From assembly GCA_016183575.1 (NCBI GenBank), contig JACPEI010000048.1, forward strand, positions 848 to 55,511: a DNA stretch of 54,664 nucleotides, given 5' to 3'. How positions within the stretch are numbered: the first letter of the stretch is position 1; the number at the start of each line of letters is the position of its first letter. The notes beneath the pieces are model-generated. The model was not told the DNA's origin. It worked only from the letters and a program-made list of their open reading frames with translations, and did no database searches. Of this stretch, positions 36,379 to 45,369 are shown piece after piece. Position numbers and translations under genes: made by a program. Source of the DNA: Nitrosomonadales bacterium (lineage in GTDB: Bacteria > Pseudomonadota > Gammaproteobacteria > Burkholderiales > Gallionellaceae).

Positions 36379-39036
36379 TTAAGCCTTACTCTTGACCGCT
36401 TTCTTGGCCGCCGGCTTTTTTGCAGCCGGTTTCTTGGCGGCGGCCTTCTTCGCGGCTGGTTTAGCCACTTTTTCGGTGGCCGCTTTTTTGGTCGCTGGCT
36501 TGGCCACTTTGGGTTCGGCCTTGGCTGCTGCTTTTGCCTTGGGCTTGGTTGCTGTTTTGGCTTTAGCGGTCGGCTTCTTCGCCGACCTGGTCTTCCCTGT
36601 CCCGCCCTTCGCGGCCTTGGCGGCGATCAGCTCCAGCGCTTCTTCCAGCGTGATCTCGTCCGGTGATACGCCTTTCGGCAGCGTGGCGTTGATCTTGCCG
36701 TGGCGGGCGTAGGGGCCGTAACGGCCGCTGCAAATCTCGACGCTGGCCTTGTCGTCCGGATGATCGCCAAGTGTGCGCAACACGGTGTTGCCGTCCCTCG
36801 CCTGGGCCAGCAGTTCCACCGCGCGCTCCAGCCCGATATCGAAGATGCTGTCGCTGCGCGGGATGGACTTGAACTTGCCGTCGTGGCCGATATAGGGGCC
36901 GAAGCGGCCGATGTTGACAATGACTTTCTTGCCGGTTTCGGGGTGTGCGCCGAGCTCGCGCGGCAACGCCAGCAGCTTGAGCGCGCCGGCCAGGTCGGCC
37001 TGCTCCAGCGGCATTTCCTTCGGCCATGACACGCGCTTGGGCTTGATCTTCTCGCCTTTGACCGCCTCGCCGAGTTGCACGTAATGGCCGTACGGGCCGT
37101 GCAGCAGCAGCACGGGCTGGTTGGCTTCAGGGTGCACGCCCAGCTCCACTCTTGCCGAGGCGTCGTCCTGCGCTTCGCCGCTCAGGCTGCGTTTGTATTT
37201 GCACTCCGGGTAGTTGGTGCAGCTGATGAAGCTGCCGTATTTGCTGAGTTTTTTGGCGAGCGGTTTGCCGCATTCCGGACAGGCCTCGTCGATCAATTCC
37301 ACCGGGCGGTCGATGCTGGCTTTTTCCTTGATGAGAACGGAAAAACCTTTCCAGAATTCATCCATCACGCCGATCCAGTCGCGTTTGCCCTCGGAAACTT
37401 CGTCCAGCTCGTCTTCGAGGTGGGCGGTGAAGCCGTAGTCGACATAGCGGGTGAAATGGTCGGTGAGGAAGCGCGTGACGACGCGCCCGACATCGGTCGG
37501 GACGAAGCGTTTCTTGTCTAAAATGGCGTATTCTCTGGCCTGCAGGGTGGAGATGATGGTGGCGTAAGTGGACGGCCGGCCGATGCCGTACTCTTCCAGC
37601 GACTTGACCAGGCTGGCTTCGGAATAGCGCGGCGGCGGCTGGGTGAAGTGCTGTTCGCCGTACAGCTTGTCGATAGGTATTACATCACCCTCGGCCAGCG
37701 GCGGCAGCTTGCCGCCCTCTTCTTCCTCGGCATCATCCACGTCTTCCATATACACGCCGATGAAGCCGGGGAATACCAGGGTCTGGCCGGAAGCGCGGAA
37801 CAGCGTGGTGTCGCCGCCGAGGCGGATGTCCAGGCTGACCGTGTCGAAGCGCGCCGGCGCCATCTGGCACGCAAGTGTGCGCTTCCACACCATCTCGTAG
37901 AGGCGCGCCTGATCGGCGCTCAGGTGGTCGCGCAGGCTGTCCGGCGTGCGCAGGATCGAGGTCGGGCGGATCGCCTCGTGCGATTCCTGCGCGTTTTTGG
38001 CCTTGCTCTTGTAGGTCGGCTGTGTCGAAGGCAGATATTCCGAAGAGAAATTATCCTTGATGTAGTCGCGAATCTCCTGCACCGCCTCCTTCGCCAAGGA
38101 CACCGAATCGGTACGCATGTAGGAGATCAGGCCGACGGTCTGGCCGCCGATGTCCACGCCTTCATACAGCGATTGCGCGGTGCGCATCGTGCGGTCGGCA
38201 GTCATGCCGAGTTTGCGCACGGCTTCCTGTTGCAGCGTGGAAGTGGTGAACGGCGCGGCGGCATAGCGCTGCTTGGCCTTCTTTTCGACGCGCACCACCT
38301 TGGGCGGCAGCTTGGCATCGCCGAGTTTGGCGTAAATCGCGCCGTATTCGGCCTGGCTGCCGATGCTGAGCTGCTCGAGCTTCTTGCCCTGATACTGGAA
38401 CAGTTTGGCGCTAAACGGCTGATGATCCTTGTGGCTGTCCAGATGTACGCTCCAGTATTCCTGGCTTTTGAACGCCTCGATCTCCAGTTCGCGCTCGACG
38501 ATCATGCGCAACGCGGGGCTCTGCACGCGGCCTGCGGACAGTCCCGGGCGGATCTTGCGCCACAGCAACGGCGACAGGTTGAATCCGACCAGATAGTCCA
38601 GCGCGCGCCGCGCCTGTTGCGCATTCACCAGCGGCATTGAGATTTCGCGAGGGTGAGCGACCGCTTCGCGGACCGCCGACTGGGTGATTTCATAGAACAC
38701 CACGCGCTGCATGTTCTTGTTCTTCAGGCCGCGCTTGGCCTTGAGCAGCTCGGAGATATGCCACGCGATCGCCTCCCCTTCGCGGTCCGGATCGGGTGCC
38801 AGCAGGATGTTGTCGGCTTCGGCGGCGGCTTTCGCAATCGCATCGACATGCTTGCTGTTGCGCGCGATGGTCTCGTACTGCATCGCGAAATTGTTCTCGG
38901 TATCGACCGCGCCGGTCTTGGGAACCAGGTCGCGCACATGGCCGAATGAGGCGAGGACTTCAAAATCCTTGCCCAGATATTTTTTAAGGGTCTTGGCCTT
39001 GGCCGGGGATTCGACGATCAGGAGGTTGGTTGCCAT
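36379..39036 (-). CDS. topA: DNA topoisomerase I with Lys/Ala-rich C-terminal tail
   Basis: IVESPAKAK, DPDREGEAI, SAGRVQS, catalytic YMRTDS, GIGRPSTY, Zn ribbon, GRFGPY repeats, histone-like tail. Confidence 0.96.
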   Translation of the reverse strand: MATNLLIVESPAKAKTLKKYLGKDFEVLASFGHVRDLVPKTGAVDTENNFAMQYETIARNSKHVDAIAKAAAEADNILLAPDPDREGEAIAWHISELLKAKRGLKNKNMQRVVFYEITQSAVREAVAHPREISMPLVNAQQARRALDYLVGFNLSPLLWRKIRPGLSAGRVQSPALRMIVERELEIEAFKSQEYWSVHLDSHKDHQPFSAKLFQYQGKKLEQLSIGSQAEYGAIYAKLGDAKLPPKVVRVEKKAKQRYAAAPFTTSTLQQEAVRKLGMTADRTMRTAQSLYEGVDIGGQTVGLISYMRTDSVSLAKEAVQEIRDYIKDNFSSEYLPSTQPTYKSKAKNAQESHEAIRPTSILRTPDSLRDHLSADQARLYEMVWKRTLACQMAPARFDTVSLDIRLGGDTTLFRASGQTLVFPGFIGVYMEDVDDAEEEEGGKLPPLAEGDVIPIDKLYGEQHFTQPPPRYSEASLVKSLEEYGIGRPSTYATIISTLQAREYAILDKKRFVPTDVGRVVTRFLTDHFTRYVDYGFTAHLEDELDEVSEGKRDWIGVMDEFWKGFSVLIKEKASIDRPVELIDEACPECGKPLAKKLSKYGSFISCTNYPECKYKRSLSGEAQDDASARVELGVHPEANQPVLLLHGPYGHYVQLGEAVKGEKIKPKRVSWPKEMPLEQADLAGALKLLALPRELGAHPETGKKVIVNIGRFGPYIGHDGKFKSIPRSDSIFDIGLERAVELLAQARDGNTVLRTLGDHPDDKASVEICSGRYGPYARHGKINATLPKGVSPDEITLEEALELIAAKAAKGGTGKTRSAKKPTAKAKTATKPKAKAAAKAEPKVAKPATKKAATEKVAKPAAKKAAAKKPAAKKPAAKKAVKSKA

Positions 39037-39052
39037 GCGGGGTGATTGAGGC

Positions 39053-39508
39053 TCAATGTAGTTGTGCTGAATTTAACGGGGTGAGCAGTTCCTCGACCAA
39101 CAGCGGATCGAGATTCTGATGGCGGTTCCACAATACCATCAGCATGATCAGCTTGAGCTTGTCCAGCCCGAGATTATCCTGTTGCAGCGCGACGGCGCGG
39201 TCGAGGATCATCTCGCGCTCGACGGCGGAGATCATGTGTTGCTGCTCGGCGAATAGCAGGAATTGGCGCGCCTCGAAGCCGATGCGCTGCAGTTCAAGTT
39301 CGGCAAAATGACGCATGCCGGCATGTTCGAGGCTGGCCGGATAATTGTCCGGATTTTGTTGTTTCAGCGCGGACAGCCAGGTCAGCGCCTCGTCGATTTC
39401 TTCGCCCTCGAAGCCGGCGGCGGAAAGTTTGCGCGACAGTTTGTCCGGCTCCGGATAACTGCCCGCGTCGAAGTAGCTTTCAAACAAGTACATCAAAATT
39501 TCGAACAT
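39053..39508 (-). CDS. smg: Smg/DUF494 family protein
   Basis: MFEILMYLFE, LSAAGF..EEIDEALTWL; dprA-smg-topA synteny. Confidence 0.9.
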   Translation of the reverse strand: MFEILMYLFESYFDAGSYPEPDKLSRKLSAAGFEGEEIDEALTWLSALKQQNPDNYPASLEHAGMRHFAELELQRIGFEARQFLLFAEQQHMISAVEREMILDRAVALQQDNLGLDKLKLIMLMVLWNRHQNLDPLLVEELLTPLNSAQLH

Positions 39509-39521
39509 GATTAGCGTGGTT

Positions 39522-40655
39522 TTAGTGGATACGTTGGTACAGGCCGCCGGGTAACGCACTGATGCGCCCCTCCAGTTCGAGCGTCAACAGCATGGCGGAT
39601 AGCTCGGCTATCGTCAAGCCGCTGCGTTTGCCGAGGGTGTCCAGATCGACCGGATCGAAGCCGAGATGCCCGAACAGCGCAGAATTCAAATCTTGCGCAT
39701 CCGTATCCTGTGTAGCCGGGCCTTGTGTATCAGGGTCTGGCATATCGGGGTGGCGCGCGGCTGCGACAATCAGGCCGCCCAATTCCTCGAGAATATCCTG
39801 CGCGGTCTCGACCAGTTTCGCGCCTTGCTTGAGCAACGCGTGGCAACCCTTGCTTTGCGGCGCGTGGATCGAACCTGGGATGGCGAACACGTCCCTGCCC
39901 TGCTCCAGCGCCAGCCGCGCGGTGATCAGCGAGCCGCTTTGCAGCGACGCTTCCACCACCAGGCAGCCGGCGCTCATGCCGCTGATGATGCGGTTGCGGC
40001 GCGGGAAGTTGGCGGCCAGCGGCGGCGTACCGAGCGGGAATTCCGAGATCAGCGCGCCCTGGCTGGCGAGCGCATGGGCAAGGTCGCGGTTCGCGGCGGG
40101 ATAGACCTTGTCCAGCCCGGTGCCGACCACACCGATGCTGCTTCCGCAATTGTTTCCTTGGCAGCGCAAGGCGCCGCGATGCGCGGCGGCGTCGATGCCG
40201 TGCGCCATGCCGCTGATGACGCACAACCCGGCGTCGCTCAGCGCTTTGGCAAACGCTTCGGCGTTGTGGATGCCCTGCGGGGTGGCATTGCGGCTGCCGA
40301 CTACGGCCAGCGCGGAACGGTTGAGCAGGTCGAGCCGTCCCTTCACATACAGCAGCAGCGGCGGGTCGGGAATGTTCAGCAGGGCTTGCGGGTAGTCGCT
40401 GTCGGCGAGGGTGACGACGCGGTTATTGCCGTCTTCCAGCCAGGCCAGCGTTGGATCGAGGGCGTCTTCGGCGATGCCCTTGCCGATCTCGGCGGCGATC
40501 TCGGCTTTGACGACAGACCTGAGCGAAGCGGCGGAGGCGGCGAAAACCGCCTCGGGCGAACCGAATTCCTTCAGCAGGCGGCGCGCGCCTTCGCCGCCCA
40601 GACCGCGCGTCAGACTGAGCGCCAGCCAGGCTTTGAGTGAAGCATCGGGAACCAC
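39522..40655 (-). CDS. dprA: DNA-processing protein DprA
   Basis: AVVGSR, SGMAHGID, NFPRRNRIISG, SGSLITA, GRDVFAIPG, C-terminal winged helix. Confidence 0.95.
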   Translation of the reverse strand: MVPDASLKAWLALSLTRGLGGEGARRLLKEFGSPEAVFAASAASLRSVVKAEIAAEIGKGIAEDALDPTLAWLEDGNNRVVTLADSDYPQALLNIPDPPLLLYVKGRLDLLNRSALAVVGSRNATPQGIHNAEAFAKALSDAGLCVISGMAHGIDAAAHRGALRCQGNNCGSSIGVVGTGLDKVYPAANRDLAHALASQGALISEFPLGTPPLAANFPRRNRIISGMSAGCLVVEASLQSGSLITARLALEQGRDVFAIPGSIHAPQSKGCHALLKQGAKLVETAQDILEELGGLIVAAARHPDMPDPDTQGPATQDTDAQDLNSALFGHLGFDPVDLDTLGKRSGLTIAELSAMLLTLELEGRISALPGGLYQRIH

Positions 40656-40680
40656 GCTCGCTGCGTTCTGCGAAGGTTTT

Positions 40681-41700
40681 TTAAGGGGTTTGCGCGCGAT
40701 CCAGCAGCTGCACCGGCAGGCGGGTTTGCATCACCAGCGCGTACGCCACCTTGTCGAACACGCGGAACACGAACACCAGGCCATAGCGTTCATCCGGCAG
40801 GGTGAATTTTTCGCCTTCATTCTTCACCTCCTCGCCCTTGCGGTACAGGGCCAGCACATGGCCGCTTTCCAGTCCGTCGCGTGCGCCCTTGCTCAGGGTG
40901 ATGACGGTATTTTGCCCGGCCTGCGAAACGCCGCCGTACACCGAAATGACGCGTGCGGAAATATTGCCGCCGGGCGCGCGCGGCAGGTAGGCGTTGACGG
41001 CAGCGCCGGAAGGGGCGACCAGGCGGTCGCCTTGATTGATTTCCTGAACGGAGCGGGTGATCGCGACGGTGCTGACATCCGCAAAATCGGTCACTTCGGC
41101 ATTGCCCAGATAGATCGCTTCGATACCCAGCGCTTCCTCGGTGTCGGGGTCGGTGAACGTTTTGCCCGGGCGATAAATCTGCCACTTTGTGCCTTTGTCC
41201 GCGGACAGGCCTTTCACGAAGCCGATATCGTGGGCGCCGAGTATCACGCGGCCTTCGCGCGCGCCGACCAGCGTCGGCGCATCCTTCAATGCGCCCTCTT
41301 CAATGACCAGCGGCTGGCTTAAAAACGGCGCGATGGCGCTGGCGGGAATGCTCGGGATGGCATCGTGCGCGCTGTGGCCTGCGCGCACTTTGGGCGATAA
41401 CTTGACAACACTGCCGCCGGCCTGACCAATGCGCAATGCGCCGCTGGCGCGATCCAGGATGATCACGTCGCCCGGATAAATCCAGTGCGGATCCTTGATG
41501 GTGTCCCTGTTCATGCCCCAGATATACGGCCATCTCCACGGATCCTTGAAGAACTTGCCGGAGATGTCCCACAGCGTATCGCCTTTGACAACCACATGCC
41601 GGTCAGGCGCATTGCTGCGAAGTTCCGGGCGGGTATCAGGCTGGGCAGCAAAGGCCAAGATGGGCAACAAAAAGCAAATCAGCGATATAATCTTGCGCAT
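40681..41700 (-). CDS. Secreted LysM peptidoglycan-binding protein (TsaP-like)
   Basis: Signal peptide; VVKGDTLWDIS...IKDPHWIYPGD LysM motif; conserved position between def and dprA. Confidence 0.88.
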   Translation of the reverse strand: MRKIISLICFLLPILAFAAQPDTRPELRSNAPDRHVVVKGDTLWDISGKFFKDPWRWPYIWGMNRDTIKDPHWIYPGDVIILDRASGALRIGQAGGSVVKLSPKVRAGHSAHDAIPSIPASAIAPFLSQPLVIEEGALKDAPTLVGAREGRVILGAHDIGFVKGLSADKGTKWQIYRPGKTFTDPDTEEALGIEAIYLGNAEVTDFADVSTVAITRSVQEINQGDRLVAPSGAAVNAYLPRAPGGNISARVISVYGGVSQAGQNTVITLSKGARDGLESGHVLALYRKGEEVKNEGEKFTLPDERYGLVFVFRVFDKVAYALVMQTRLPVQLLDRAQTP

Positions 41701-41802
41701 GGAAAACTCCGGCAGAATCAATATAAAGGGCACGCAATGCTGCTGCGTTGCATTAAATTCTGCATCCAGTCATATAAATAAGCAAGCATTTATGGAACGC
41801 AT

Positions 41803-42306
41803 ATGGCAATCCTGAAAATTTTGCAGTATCCCGATGAGCGGCTGCACAAGGTCGCCAGAAAGGTTGAGCGGGTCGACGAGGCCACCCGCAGGTTGGCGCG
41901 AGACATGGCGGAGACCATGTATGCCGCGCCTGGAGTCGGCTTGGCGGCGACGCAAGTGGATATGCATATCCAGGTCATCGTGGTGGACGTTTCCGAGACG
42001 CACAATCAGTTGAAAATATTCATCAATCCGGAAATCATCGCCTTCAGCGGCGAAGAGGAAAGCGAGGAAGGTTGTCTGTCGGTGCCGGGCATTTATGAAA
42101 AGGTGCGCCGCGCGGAAAAAGTGACGGTGCGCGCGCTCGATGAAAAAGGCGAGCCGTTTACGCTGGAGGCGGAAGGATATCTGGCGGTCTGCATCCAGCA
42201 TGAGATAGACCACTTGCGCGGCAAGGTGTTTGTCGAATATCTGTCGCAGCTCAAGCAAATCAGGCTTCGCGCCAAGCTGAAGAAACGCTTGCGCGAAACA
42301 ATGTAA
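41803..42306 (+). CDS. def: Peptide deformylase
   Basis: [20 protein letters not shown]. Confidence 0.97.
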   Translation: MAILKILQYPDERLHKVARKVERVDEATRRLARDMAETMYAAPGVGLAATQVDMHIQVIVVDVSETHNQLKIFINPEIIAFSGEEESEEGCLSVPGIYEKVRRAEKVTVRALDEKGEPFTLEAEGYLAVCIQHEIDHLRGKVFVEYLSQLKQIRLRAKLKKRLRETM

Positions 42307-42330
42307 TGAACGTTTTATTGAAAACAGTGC

Positions 42331-42516
42331 TTAGCCACGGATTAACACGGATATTCACGGATTATCAATGGATGGCTGGTTACGTAGGCTGGATGAGCGC
42401 AGCGTTATTTGGCGTAATGGGCGGGATGCCCCAACGAACAGTGGTAGGCGCTTTTCTTTTTTGCCCTACGAATAACCCGGTTTAATCCGTGTTTATCGGT
42501 GTTAATCCGTGGCTAA
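42331..42516. repeat. Decamer-armed inverted-repeat element with a nested degenerate REP pair
   Basis: 33-nt arms (42331-42363 and 42484-42516, 30/33 complementary), each made of three CACGGATnnn units; CGTAGG...CCTACG inside (42383-42470). Confidence 0.75.
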
Positions 42517-43459
42517 TATCTCTCCCAAATTGAAAATCATCTTTGCAGGTACCCCGCAATTTGCGGCTAGCGCGTTGGCCGCGCTGCTCGGGGAGCACCA
42601 GGTTGTCGCGGTGCTGACCCAGCCGGATCGTCCATCCGGGCGCGGCATGCTTCTGACCCCCAGCCCGGTGAAGCAGCTCGCGCTGCAACACGGCTTGGCC
42701 GTGTTACAACCCACTACATTGAGAACGGAAGAAGCGCAGCACGCGATTGCCGCATTGGATGCCGATGTGATGGTGGTCGCCGCTTATGGGCTGATTCTGC
42801 CGAAGGCCGTGCTGCAACTGCCGCGCTACGGCTGCCTGAATATCCACGCTTCGCTGCTGCCGCGCTGGCGCGGGGCCGCGCCGATACCGCGCGCGATTCT
42901 GGCGGGCGACAGCGAAACCGGCATCACCATCATGCAGATGGACGAGGGGCTGGATACCGGCGACATGCTGTTGCGCCGGATTTGCCCGATTGCGCCAGAC
43001 GACACGGCGCAAACCCTGCATGACAAGCTGGCCGGAATCGGCGCGGACAGCATACTCGAAGCCTTGCGCCTGTTGCAGGAGCATCGCCTGACGCCGGTCA
43101 AACAGGACAATGACGTGGCGACTTACGCCGCCAAGCTGCTCAAGAGCGAGGCGCAGATCGACTGGCGACAGGATGCGCGGCAGATCGAACGGGCGGTGCG
43201 TGCATTTAACCCCTTCCCGATGTGTCATGCCGGCTTCAACGGGGTGGCGATAAAAATCTGGCAGGCCGGGCTTTGCGCCGGCGAACATGGCGAGCCGGGC
43301 AAGGTGCTGGCGGCGGACAAACAGGGCATCATCGTCGCCTGCGGCAAGGATGCGCTGCGCCTGGAAGTGCTGCAACGCCCCGGCGGCAAGGCGCAGCCTG
43401 CCGCACAGTTTTTACAAGCCGTGCCGGTCAAGGCCGGCGATAACTTCTTGGTAAGCTAA
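42509..43459 (+). CDS. fmt: Methionyl-tRNA formyltransferase (start GTG 42509 or TTG 42530)
   Basis: KIIFAGTP, TQPDRPSGRG, NIHASLLPRWRGAAP, GLDTGD. Confidence 0.96.
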   Translation: MANISPKLKIIFAGTPQFAASALAALLGEHQVVAVLTQPDRPSGRGMLLTPSPVKQLALQHGLAVLQPTTLRTEEAQHAIAALDADVMVVAAYGLILPKAVLQLPRYGCLNIHASLLPRWRGAAPIPRAILAGDSETGITIMQMDEGLDTGDMLLRRICPIAPDDTAQTLHDKLAGIGADSILEALRLLQEHRLTPVKQDNDVATYAAKLLKSEAQIDWRQDARQIERAVRAFNPFPMCHAGFNGVAIKIWQAGLCAGEHGEPGKVLAADKQGIIVACGKDALRLEVLQRPGGKAQPAAQFLQAVPVKAGDNFLVS

Positions 43460-44761
43460 ATGCACAACATACAACTCGCCGCCGGCCAAATCGTGCAGCA
43501 GGTGCTGGCGGACGGGCGCAACCTCAATCAGGTGCTGGAGGAGTCGCTGCGCAGAAAATCGGCATGGACTCCGGCACAGCGCGCGGCCCTGCAGGATCTG
43601 AGCTACGGCACGTTGCGTTATTACGGCCAGTTGCGCACGCTGTTAGGCCTGTTGCTGCATAAGCCGATGCTGGATCAGCGTATCTACCATGTGCTGCTGG
43701 TGGCGCTGTACCAGCTGCAATACAGCAAGGCCGCGCAGCATGCCGTGGTCGATCATGCGGTGCGCTCCGCTCAAATGCTGAACGTGAAAGTCAGCGGTCT
43801 GGTGAACGCGATCCTGCGCAATTTCCTGCGCAGCCGGGACGCGTTGCTGGAACAGGCCGCGCAGCGCGCGGAAGGGAGGTACAGTTATCCGCAGTGGTGG
43901 ATCGACGAGCTGCAGGCGCAGTATGGCGAGCGCAGCGCGGCGATACTGACGGCGGGCAATCTGCATCCGCCGATGACATTGCGTGTCAATCGGCGGCGCG
44001 GTACGACGGCGGATTATCTGGCACTGCTGTCTCAGCAAGATGGGGAGCAACAAAATTTTCCTGCCCGCCTGATCGAGAATGGTTTGATCGGGTTTGGCGC
44101 GCTGCAACTGGACAAGCCGGTGCCGGTGGATAGGCTGCCGGGGTTTTTTGCCGGGCTGGTTTCGGTACAGGATGCCGGCGCGCAATACGCCGCGCGCCTG
44201 CTGGATGTTCGCGACGGCATGCGCGTGCTGGATGCCTGCGCCGCACCGGGCGGCAAGACCGCGCATATACTGGAATGCGCACAAGTGGAAATGGTGGCGG
44301 TCGACAAGGACGAGAAACGTCTGCAGCGCGTCGCGGAAAATTTGCAGCGCCTGGAATTGTCCGCGCAACTGCTGGTCGGGGATGCCGCCGAGCCGGAGAA
44401 GTGGTGGGATGGCCGGGCATTCGACCGGATTCTCGCCGACGTCCCCTGCTCCGCCAGCGGTGTGGTGCGCCGCCATCCCGACATCAAGTGGCTGCGCCGC
44501 CGCACGGATATCGCCGGTTTTGCTGCGCAACAGCTCGATATATTGCGCGCGTTGTGGCCGCTGCTGGCGCCCGAGGGTAAATTGCTCTACGCTACCTGCT
44601 CGGTTTTCCGGCAGGAGAATGAACAGGTCGTCGCGGCGTTCCTGGCGCAACAGCCGGATGCGCGGCGATTGCCGATAGCATTGCCGGAAAGCGGCAATGG
44701 ACAGATATTGCCCAACGATCAGCATGACGGATTCTTTTATGCATTGCTGCACAAAATTTAG
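43460..44761 (+). CDS. rsmB: 16S rRNA m5C967 methyltransferase
   Basis: NusB-like N-terminus, VQD, DACAAPGGKT, DVPCSASG, YATCS, DGFFYA. Confidence 0.96.
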   Translation: MHNIQLAAGQIVQQVLADGRNLNQVLEESLRRKSAWTPAQRAALQDLSYGTLRYYGQLRTLLGLLLHKPMLDQRIYHVLLVALYQLQYSKAAQHAVVDHAVRSAQMLNVKVSGLVNAILRNFLRSRDALLEQAAQRAEGRYSYPQWWIDELQAQYGERSAAILTAGNLHPPMTLRVNRRRGTTADYLALLSQQDGEQQNFPARLIENGLIGFGALQLDKPVPVDRLPGFFAGLVSVQDAGAQYAARLLDVRDGMRVLDACAAPGGKTAHILECAQVEMVAVDKDEKRLQRVAENLQRLELSAQLLVGDAAEPEKWWDGRAFDRILADVPCSASGVVRRHPDIKWLRRRTDIAGFAAQQLDILRALWPLLAPEGKLLYATCSVFRQENEQVVAAFLAQQPDARRLPIALPESGNGQILPNDQHDGFFYALLHKI

Positions 44762-45362
44762 CTTGTTTGGTTTATTGCAGCGCAGCGCGGACTTGTTGTT
44801 GCGCAGTGTATTGCTCGTCTGGCTGTTTGCCGCAACGGCTTATGCGGAGGGTGTTTCCGTCAACAAGGCGGAGGCGCGGCTCGGCGAGAATGGCTACCAG
44901 CTTTCCGCCAGTTACGACATCAATCTGACTTTTGCGGCACAGCAGGCTTTGACGCGCGGCATCCCGCTGTATTTTGTGGGCGAATTTTCCCTGACGCGCT
45001 CGCGCTGGTATTGGCTGGACGAAGAAATATTTCAGGGCGAACAGACCGTCAAGCTTTCCTACAATGTGCTGACGCGGCAGTACCGGCTTTCGCGTGGCGC
45101 GCTGTTCCAGAATTTTGCCAGCTTCGAAGACGCGCTGAACATCCTGGCCAGACAAAGCTCGGCAACCATTCCTGCCGAATTGATGAAAAAGGACGGCAAC
45201 TATACGGCGGCGGCGCGCCTCCGCCTGGATATCGCGCAACTGCCGCTGCCGCTGCAGGTAAACGCATTGACCGGCAAGGATTGGGCGCTCAACTCAGACT
45301 GGTATCGCTGGATAATCCGCCCGGCGGAAATTACCGTGCGCGGCGAAGGCAAGGCGGAGTGA
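44739..45362 (+). CDS. DUF4390-like exported protein (start uncertain)
   Basis: RGIPLYF, RWYWLDE, LTRQYR, QLPLPLQVNAL; conserved rsmB-DUF4390-ntrY-ntrX order. Confidence 0.75.
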   Translation: MHCCTKFSLFGLLQRSADLLLRSVLLVWLFAATAYAEGVSVNKAEARLGENGYQLSASYDINLTFAAQQALTRGIPLYFVGEFSLTRSRWYWLDEEIFQGEQTVKLSYNVLTRQYRLSRGALFQNFASFEDALNILARQSSATIPAELMKKDGNYTAAARLRLDIAQLPLPLQVNALTGKDWALNSDWYRWIIRPAEITVRGEGKAE

Positions 45363-45369
45363 CCGTACG

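Noticed and set aside
36379-36620. Lys/Ala-rich low-complexity TopA tail
   Set aside because: A known feature of many bacterial TopA proteins; only its separate ghost copy is reported.
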